Positions 56,997-64,000 of a DNA stretch of 64,000 nucleotides are shown in pieces. The DNA comes from an uncultured Chthonomonadaceae bacterium (GTDB taxonomy: Bacteria > Armatimonadota > Chthonomonadetes > Chthonomonadales > Chthonomonadaceae), in NCBI GenBank assembly GCA_963817895.1, contig CAWFQB010000001.1, positions 1,088,001 to 1,152,000 on the forward strand, read 5' to 3'. The notes below the pieces were generated by a model that saw only the letters and a list, made by a program, of their open reading frames with translations, searched no databases and had not been told where the DNA came from. The position numbers were made by a program, and so were the translations under genes. How positions within the stretch are numbered: the first letter of the stretch is position 1; the number at the start of each line of letters is the position of its first letter.

Positions 56997-58013
56997 CTAT
57001 CGTTGAATGGGTGGGGCGGACAGGAGCGCAGGTTGTGGCCCTTCCTCTTGCGGGAGAAGGCCGCGCTTCAGCAGTTCGTCTGCGATCAGGTTCACATTAC
57101 TCGCCATATCGGCAATCTTCTCTTCGTGTCCTCGCCCGCTCCCTTTGATGGCGGCCAGCAGGCTGACGAACACGCGCGCGTCCACCCCGCGCTGTTGGAG
57201 TCCGGGGACGAGGACGCTTTCGACCCAACCGCTCACCGCCTTATTGGACGCTTTTGTCGTGGCGAAGTACCAGCCGACAACCGCCAGCACACAGAAGAGC
57301 GGCCCCCACAGCCACGATTGCAGAAACGGCAGCGCGGCAAAGCCAACAATGACGCCCACTATCGTGGTGAGGCAGCCCGTAACGCCGATCCAACCGGGCG
57401 TGGGGGTGGGCAGCGTTTTCATGAAATGGAGCGCGGCATTGACGTTGCGGTCTTTCGTGACGAAGGCGTCTATCTCGTGCAGCAGCACCTCACATTCCGA
57501 GGCGGTGAGATAGTCCCATTTTTGCAGTCTGTCCAGTAACTGGCTGACGTCCTTGTTGCGGGCATCCAGAGTTCCCAGAGTTTGCAGCGCGTTCAACATG
57601 CGCGGGTCCGCCTGACGCATGAGGGGAGCCGAATATGGCGCTCCTGCGGCGGGGAGGGCCGACTGCGCCATGCGTTGCGCGACCTGGTATTCCAGCGCGC
57701 GCTGCCTCTGAACCTGCGCCGATAGCGCAGGATTGGTCGCCGCCAGAATCTGCTCGATCCCCTGCCCGTACGCTTCCTGATGCGATAAGGCGCGCGTGTA
57801 GGCTGTCATTGTACAGGATACCGTTGTTCCGCATTGGGTACATTGCCGGTTGGTTCCCACGTATTTCCCTTTGCCCAGCGGAATGTAGTAAACGTGATCT
57901 ACTTTAAAAAAGTGGGTCAGTTTGTGGTAATTGGGACCACGACAGACTTCGCACCAGTCCCCTACAACACCGCCATCCTCCTGACGCGACTTTGTTCCCC
58001 AAACAATAAACAT
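56997..58013 (-). CDS. Zinc-ribbon-containing membrane protein
   Basis: MFIVWG, CEVC...HVYYIPL...CTQC; two TM helices. Confidence 0.7.
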   Translation of the reverse strand: MFIVWGTKSRQEDGGVVGDWCEVCRGPNYHKLTHFFKVDHVYYIPLGKGKYVGTNRQCTQCGTTVSCTMTAYTRALSHQEAYGQGIEQILAATNPALSAQVQRQRALEYQVAQRMAQSALPAAGAPYSAPLMRQADPRMLNALQTLGTLDARNKDVSQLLDRLQKWDYLTASECEVLLHEIDAFVTKDRNVNAALHFMKTLPTPTPGWIGVTGCLTTIVGVIVGFAALPFLQSWLWGPLFCVLAVVGWYFATTKASNKAVSGWVESVLVPGLQQRGVDARVFVSLLAAIKGSGRGHEEKIADMASNVNLIADELLKRGLLPQEEGPQPALLSAPPIQR

Positions 58014-58160
58014 GGCTTTTCTCCCGCAACGCGCCCGTTTCCGAAGACAGTGTGACGACATAATCTCAGCAAGACGTTAGCTTTTGAGACATTTGGTTGT
58101 TGTGAAGCGAACCTACCGGGAATTGGTAAGCAGAACCTTGACCATTCGCTGAAATCTCGC

Positions 58161-58610
58161 TCAAGGCTGAAATTGGAAACTTGGTTCGTGGATACTCGCT
58201 GTCAGAGGCTTTCCCTTTGCGTCCGTCATATTCAGGCGAACGGAGATCGGCTGGCCGCTGTCAAGCGCGGGGATCAGCCGCTCACTGTTGATGCAGCGAA
58301 GGTAGAATTTCGCGCGGCGCAGGGTAGTCCAGTTTGCGCCGTCGCGCTGTCCCCATACAAGATAAACGAATCGCTCTCCCGCCTTGCCCTGAACGAAAGG
58401 GCCGCGAAGATCAAACTGCTCCGTTTGCGCGTTAAGAATTACGCGAAGCGGAATCGTGAAGACAACATTCTCGCTATCCGCAGGCACATCCTCAATGACG
58501 TTATTGCCCTGCTGAATACCAAGTCGCGCCTCGGTTTTGCCGTCGAATTCCGTTCCCGGCAGGTTGTAGCAATAAAAAACAAGCGCTAACTGGCTCTCGG
58601 TCTTCTCCAT
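58161..58610 (-). CDS. DUF5990-like hypothetical protein
   Basis: LGIQQG, RGPFVQG..GERFVYLVWG, RRAK. Confidence 0.65.
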   Translation of the reverse strand: MEKTESQLALVFYCYNLPGTEFDGKTEARLGIQQGNNVIEDVPADSENVVFTIPLRVILNAQTEQFDLRGPFVQGKAGERFVYLVWGQRDGANWTTLRRAKFYLRCINSERLIPALDSGQPISVRLNMTDAKGKPLTASIHEPSFQFQP

Positions 58611-58631
58611 GTCTCTTTTCTCCCCACGCCT

Positions 58632-59042
58632 TTAACCATTATTTTGCTTGTTCTGAAAGGTAGATTTACGCCGACACAGTCCTGAAAGACCGGGCAAGCA
58701 AAACGGAAACAAGTAGAGATGCCCCCTTATACTTGTATTCTTCGTTCCTGCCTGGACACAAGCCCAGGCATTGGCGTATACAATGACGCTCCCCGTTCCA
58801 AGAGTGAGGAGTAGTCTCACCAAAACAGGCATTCCCCTCCTATCGGCGATCCAAAAAGGCGCGATCAGACAGAGTAACGCTCCTCCGATTTGCGCGGCTG
58901 CCAGTTTGCTAATCGGATCAGCGCTGTGCAAACCTCCGATGAACATATAGAGGATAAGGGCCAGCAAAACGCTCCGGCTCAAAAAGTTAGACGTTGGCGG
59001 CTTCATTCTTGCGCCTCCTGTCTCTGTTGCTTTCCGGCACAC
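58632..59042 (-). CDS. Hypothetical membrane protein
   Basis: Several hydrophobic segments; probable start at MKPPT. Confidence 0.5.
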   Translation of the reverse strand: MCRKATETGGARMKPPTSNFLSRSVLLALILYMFIGGLHSADPISKLAAAQIGGALLCLIAPFWIADRRGMPVLVRLLLTLGTGSVIVYANAWACVQAGTKNTSIRGHLYLFPFCLPGLSGLCRRKSTFQNKQNNG

Positions 59043-59061
59043 TCTGTGTCCAATATAACTG

Positions 59062-60615
59062 TCAACGCTTAACGCTCAACGGAATAATCGTTTCCGCCGA
59101 CTTGCGGCCTCGATGAAACACATTGTACTCGCAGAAGGAGACGGCCTCGCCCTGCTCGTTGAGGATTTTGGTGCAGCACTGCTCGATGCGCTTGTGGTCG
59201 TAGGTGTGCGCGTCCATGAACGGCTTGACGACGACGCGGAACACGCGCCTGCCGAACTGCTCCGGCTTCCCGATGAGCGGCAACACGTCGCGCAGTCCGC
59301 CGCGCAAAAACAGAGTCGCCAGATCGCGCAGGGTCTGGCGGGCGCGCAGATGGGCCACATCCGACCACACGCGCCGCGCCGCGCCGCCCAGCATGCCCGC
59401 GAAACTGATGCGGTCCGCGAACAAATCCAGATAGCGGGCCACATCCAGATGGCGCGGCAGGGGCGTGATGGTTTCGCGTCTGGCGTCCAGAAAGCCATAC
59501 GTCAGGGCGCAGCAGTCGGGATGCGAGCAGGGCAGGCCGACAAAATCCGTCGTCCGCAACGCGCCCTCCGTTTGGCAGTCCAGTTCGCGCAGCACATCGG
59601 TCAGCGGTCATGCGCTCATGCGCGGCAAACTCGTGCTCGTACCGTCCCGCGCTCATCACGGGCTGAAAGGTCAGGCCGTTGATGTTGTCGAGCGACAGGG
59701 CGTAGCGGTACAAGATCGCCGATCTCATCCTCATTGACGCCCCGCTCCAGTGGTCGCCACAAGGGTTACGAACAAGCCTTTTTCCTGCGCCCGCTCGCAG
59801 CGCCTTCTGCTTGATGCGCGACGCAAATCTTTGCCGTACAAGCGCGTCATGCACATCGGGCCGGAAACTGGAAAACGAGAAGAACAGTTCCACGCGGTCA
59901 CGATGCGCGGCCAGGGTTTCCAGCAGTTCGTCGCTTTGTTCCAGTGCGCAGGCCGTTCGTGTTGACCAGAATGCGCCCGATGGGATATTCCAGCGCGAGA
60001 GGCAGCATGTCGGCAAAATGGGGATGAATGGTCGGTTCGCCGCCACTGAGCATCAGCACGTCCAGACTGCTGTTGCGTGCGAAAAAACGTGTCCAGCCGC
60101 TGCCGCGCCGTTTCCACGGTCATAAAGTCGTGTCCCCGCGCATCCGCGTAGCACGTCGGGCAGCGCAGATTGCAGGCGAGGGTAATTTCCAGCAGCAGCA
60201 CACATGTTGGTGGTTGGTGGTTGGTGATTGGTGGCTGGACAGGATCAGTTGAGAGTTGAGAGTTGAGAGTTGATCGGGACTCCTCTCCTGCTTGTATCTC
60301 GTATCTCGTATCTTGTATCTTCTCCTTTTCTCCTTTTCTCCTTTTCTCCTTTTCTTCCCCTGGCGCGCAGCAGGCCGAGTCGCTGCCGCAGCAGCCGGTG
60401 ATGGCGCTAGATAAGCCCATGCGCGGCGCGACGTACTGGCGCAGGCGCAGGTATTCGGCGACGTCCGAGGCCAGCAATGCTTTGGAGGCGCCGTGACGGG
60501 GGCAGGTTCGCTCCATCCATACCCGATTCGCTTCGACAAACAATCGCGCCGGAACCGTCCGCAGGCACGTCGGGCATAATCCATCGGTCTGCTCTGTCCA
60601 CTCCGCTGTTTCCAT
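59062..60615 (-). pseudogene. Radical SAM protein with N-terminal CxxC...CxxH, frameshifted (pseudogene or sequencing errors)
   Basis: CPTC...CPRHG, CNLRCPTC, then out-of-frame LSGGEPT-like segment, TFQPV..AGRY, PCSHPDC, FMDAHTYD...CC, SFCEYN. Confidence 0.8.
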
Positions 60616-60852
60616 ACGTGTCTCACCATTTTCTTTACGCCTATAATCGCTTCCCGCTTTTATTTCCTGCCTTCTATTCCCCGCCTTGATACTGATCTCC
60701 TCTCTCCTGATTTGCCGTTAAATTAATTCAATATAAATTGGAGAAGGAGAATGGCAATACCACATCTAACTTATGCCTGCGGCTCCTCATAAACAGATTG
60801 CGGCGCAGCAGCGCTCTGCTAACAGCAATAGGGAACAGGCCACTGACCCTTA

Positions 60853-60954
60853 GAGCCTATCCCAACAGGCGATTGCATTTGCGTCCGAAGGACGCTTGGC
60901 CGCAGGCCACTCAGACGGGTACGTTCTTTGTACCCGGCCTATTGGGATAGGCTC
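60853..60954. mobile_element. MITE-like element, GNA-hairpin family copy E (different TIR)
   Basis: TIR GAGCCTATCCCAA(C/T)AGG, TTA on both flanks; internal GCGTCC-GAA-GGACGC, GGCC-GCA-GGCC, GGGTAC..GTACCC. Confidence 0.75.
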
Positions 60955-61036
60955 TTAGATGATGGTTCCGTTTATAAATATAGCAGCTAAAATACTATAG
61001 CCTGTCTATGGTAAAGGGCTGCCGCGAGCAAGCAAA

Positions 61037-63709
61037 ATGCGAATCGGATTTGAAACCATCCTGGGCGGTAATTACATCTACGACCTGGACGCGACTCTGG
61101 CAACTATCGCGCAGGCCGGATTTCAGGGCGTCGAGTTTTTCCAGCAACACCACAACATTCAGCATCGTGTTCCCGAAACCGACCGGTTTGAAGCGGTGAA
61201 CATTGCCGATGTTGTTTATCTGCTCAAAAAGCATCACCTGGTATTTCTTGGACTGACGAGCGGAAGGCTCAAGGATAGAGTGGCGTTTTGCAGTTCGCCG
61301 GATGAAGCTAAACTTGCAAAATATAAATTAACGCCTGATGAGTGCTGGCCCCTTTACTTCTATATCGAGCGCCTTGAAGACGCGGAAGAAGAATTGGAAA
61401 TTCCGGCCTCGGTCAAACTCGCCCTCCATTCCAATTCGTTCAAACCACTGGACAGCATTCAGGAAATGCTTGATAAACTGGGGGATAAGGCAGCGCGCTT
61501 TTGTTGTCTTCCCGATACAGCGCACATGTACATTGTGGGCAAAAATCCTGTCACCGACATTTGCGCGCTTCCCAAAGACCGCGTAATAGCCGTTCACATC
61601 AAAGACTGGAATGCGGCTTACGGTCGCTCCTCCCATCGCTCCGCGAAAGGATTTACTTCCCTGGGAAAAGGGGATGTGCCTTTAACTCAGACGCTCGAGG
61701 CGCTGCGTAAATGGGATTGGGACGGATGGCTGGTTTATGAACAAGACTACCCGGATGCCTCGCGTCGAGAGTGTATCACAACAGCGGTGGAATGGTTCGC
61801 CAAACACAAATTGATGCCGCCGCTCGCGGAACCCTTACGCAAGAACGCCTCCCAACCGCAGCATCCCTGGGATCAGATGCCGGACATTACCCAGGCCGCT
61901 TATACCAAATTTGTAGAAACTCTTTCCTGCGCGGGCAGCGTCACGCTCACGCGCAGCTACCGCAAAGTGGCGGAGGCTGTCTTCGAGTTGTTTGCCGCCT
62001 GCCACGTAGCCATCTGGTCCTACAATGTCACGCGCCCCGAAATGTGCCTGCTCGCGGAACACAGTTCCACGCCGGTCACTGTCAAACGCGAATTGCGTAT
62101 TGATAGAATGTCTTCCCCGATTGGCAGGGATGCCGAGGCAATGCAGTCGGTTTGCCTTCCTCTCACAGCCCTGAGCCGGGATGAACTGTTGAAAACGCTG
62201 CAATGGGGAGAGGTTATCGGGCAATACAGGGCGCAAACGCTGCTTGGCATTCCAATACCGAATCGCTATAACCCGAATCAAGTTCGGTTCGTGGTTGGCA
62301 TTTTGCTGCCGGGGCCGCCGCCGCCGAATTGGGATGTGTTGTGCAGACTCGTGGCAAAAATGGCTGCCCGCCCTATAGACGCGGGATTGGATGACGCCTG
62401 CGCCTACGCTACGGAGCGCGTCAATTTTCTGGCGGACCGCGCGGACGGCCTGGATGCCTTCTTAACAAGTTTGCACACTTTTATTCAAGAACAGTTGGAT
62501 TGTCAGGGGGTGGCTCTGTTACTCAGCAGCCGCGATGGTGAGCGGCTGGAAGCGCGCGTTGCTCCCACCACTCAATGGGAGCGTTCGCTCAACGAAGAGC
62601 AGCATTACTATATCCCCTCCGAAACCAGGCACCCAACCTGCCAGTGCTGGCAAAACAAGAAAATCATTGTGCTGGCAGACGCCCGAGCCCTGAAGGGAGA
62701 GGGAGGCAATCTTGTTCCCAAATCGTTTGAATATACGGAAACCTCCCGCGCGGAGCAGGATAGTATTTTGCTTGTTCCCCTGCTCGCATTAAAGGCCAAT
62801 GAGAACGGCAAGCAGGAATTCACCTGTCTGGGCGTGATTCGCTGCCGCAATAAGAAACCGCTTGCCAATAAAAACGGCTCCTACTCGGCGCGGTATTTTA
62901 CGGATGATGACGCCGCCCTGTGCAACGCCATTTGCGCCGCTGCCGTGCCGCACATCGAACTGTGGGAACATGAGGAGTGGGAGCATGAGGCTTTCTCGCT
63001 GATGATCCATGAACTGCACTTTCCCATTAATATGACCAAGCAGGCTTTGAGGCGTCTGGTTCTGGAATTAAGCGACTTAAAACCCAACCCTTTGGGGGAA
63101 CTACAGCACCCCACGCATGAACGCATCGCCTCCTGGATTACGCTGATGCAGCGGGTGGTGGGAAGCGCGGATGAATTAGGGTTCGAGTATGATTATATGG
63201 AACCCGAAGTGCAGCTTACGCGCCTGTTGGGAGAAGTGGTTGCGCCCGCCGTCGCTCAGGTGCGCCGACTGGTTCAACGCCGCAGGTTCGACCCGGACAA
63301 AATCAGCTACAGTGGATTCGACACGCTTCCCGCTTTGTATATAGACGTGAATTTGTTTCAGCAGGTACTTTTCAATCTATTTTCCAACACCATCAAGTTC
63401 GCTTTCGATGCGCCGGAACTGTTTAAGGTGGAACTCGGCGTAACCCGCGAGGAGGGCTGGTTTCATATCTATTGCCGCGATTGGGGGCCGGGCATTGCGG
63501 CAGGGTATGAAACCGTAATTTTCGAACGGGGCAAGCGGGGACCAAAGCACATGAATCGGATGGTTCCAGGTGTCGGCGCGGGATTATGGATTATCAAGCG
63601 AATTGTGGAGAAGCATGGTGGTTACGTATGCGTAACTCGCCATTACCGCCCTACCGAAATCAGCCTGTTTCTGCCCTCTTACCTGGAAAAACGCCCACAC
63701 AAGATTTAA
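61037..63709 (+). CDS. Sensor histidine kinase with N-terminal sugar-phosphate isomerase/epimerase-like TIM barrel and GAF-like domains
   Basis: AGFQGVEF, PDTAH, VHIKD, LGKGDV, WLVYEQD; HELHFP (H-box), NLFSNTIKF, DWGPGI, GAGLWI. Confidence 0.85.
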   Translation: MRIGFETILGGNYIYDLDATLATIAQAGFQGVEFFQQHHNIQHRVPETDRFEAVNIADVVYLLKKHHLVFLGLTSGRLKDRVAFCSSPDEAKLAKYKLTPDECWPLYFYIERLEDAEEELEIPASVKLALHSNSFKPLDSIQEMLDKLGDKAARFCCLPDTAHMYIVGKNPVTDICALPKDRVIAVHIKDWNAAYGRSSHRSAKGFTSLGKGDVPLTQTLEALRKWDWDGWLVYEQDYPDASRRECITTAVEWFAKHKLMPPLAEPLRKNASQPQHPWDQMPDITQAAYTKFVETLSCAGSVTLTRSYRKVAEAVFELFAACHVAIWSYNVTRPEMCLLAEHSSTPVTVKRELRIDRMSSPIGRDAEAMQSVCLPLTALSRDELLKTLQWGEVIGQYRAQTLLGIPIPNRYNPNQVRFVVGILLPGPPPPNWDVLCRLVAKMAARPIDAGLDDACAYATERVNFLADRADGLDAFLTSLHTFIQEQLDCQGVALLLSSRDGERLEARVAPTTQWERSLNEEQHYYIPSETRHPTCQCWQNKKIIVLADARALKGEGGNLVPKSFEYTETSRAEQDSILLVPLLALKANENGKQEFTCLGVIRCRNKKPLANKNGSYSARYFTDDDAALCNAICAAAVPHIELWEHEEWEHEAFSLMIHELHFPINMTKQALRRLVLELSDLKPNPLGELQHPTHERIASWITLMQRVVGSADELGFEYDYMEPEVQLTRLLGEVVAPAVAQVRRLVQRRRFDPDKISYSGFDTLPALYIDVNLFQQVLFNLFSNTIKFAFDAPELFKVELGVTREEGWFHIYCRDWGPGIAAGYETVIFERGKRGPKHMNRMVPGVGAGLWIIKRIVEKHGGYVCVTRHYRPTEISLFLPSYLEKRPHKI

Positions 63710-63778
63710 CGTTTGACATTAAACGGACAAGCCTGCTTTGCTCTGCTCATGATTGCCGACGCCGGAAGGAGATGCACG

Positions 63779-64000
63779 ATGGAAGGTGTTGTGAAAACGC
63801 TCGTGATTGACGATGAATACGCGCAAATGGAAGATTTCTGGTGGCTGTTGCGCCGGGAGGGGTTTGATCTGGATTTCGCGGTCAATCGAGAAGAGGCCCA
63901 GCAAAAATATAACCACAACTTCTATGATTTGATCGTGATAGACGCCCTGCTTGGACGCGATTTTCTTATGTCGAGCCAGACCGGGGTTGCGGCGACGCCT
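63779..64000 (+). CDS. Response regulator receiver domain (3'-truncated by window edge)
   Basis: MEGVVKTLVIDDE...YDLIVIDALL; RBS GAAGGAG. Confidence 0.8.
   Translation, partial: MEGVVKTLVIDDEYAQMEDFWWLLRREGFDLDFAVNREEAQQKYNHNFYDLIVIDALLGRDFLMSSQTGVAATP

Noticed and set aside
1..64000. CRISPR array
   Set aside because: No run of equal-length repeats with unique spacers; the repeats seen are short tandems, palindromes or dispersed copies; no cas genes.

Overview
A 64-kb bacterial chromosomal window. The backbone is GC-rich and carries recD2, lysA, trpS, dapB, tRNA-Val(CAC), GH78/GH130 glycosidases and GT4 glycosyltransferases; several accessory blocks are visibly more AT-rich. The most striking part is an ~11.2-kb element integrated at tRNA-Val (15619-26844). 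It encodes a Xer-like tyrosine integrase, a small coupled ORF, a primase-polymerase/helicase with iteron-like repeats, and a RelA/SpoT-like + DUF262 gene pair. Its integrase-side end is not the usual 3' tRNA fragment but a full-length tRNA-Val mimic with an expanded D-arm, lying antisense just upstream of the integrase. Both inner ends carry repeated copies of the att half-site (CGCTTCG), plus a cross-end inverted repeat that would enclose the mimic only after excision. Other notable items: a two-ATP-grasp cluster with a Lys/Glu-repeat protein (graspetide-like), a type I RM locus with fused M-S subunits split by a TA module, five dispersed MITE-like elements sharing covarying GNA-triloop hairpins, and a TIM-barrel-GAF-histidine kinase fusion. 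recD2, the FkbM gene and a radical SAM gene have frameshifts that may be sequencing errors. All calls come from reading motifs by eye; no searches were run.
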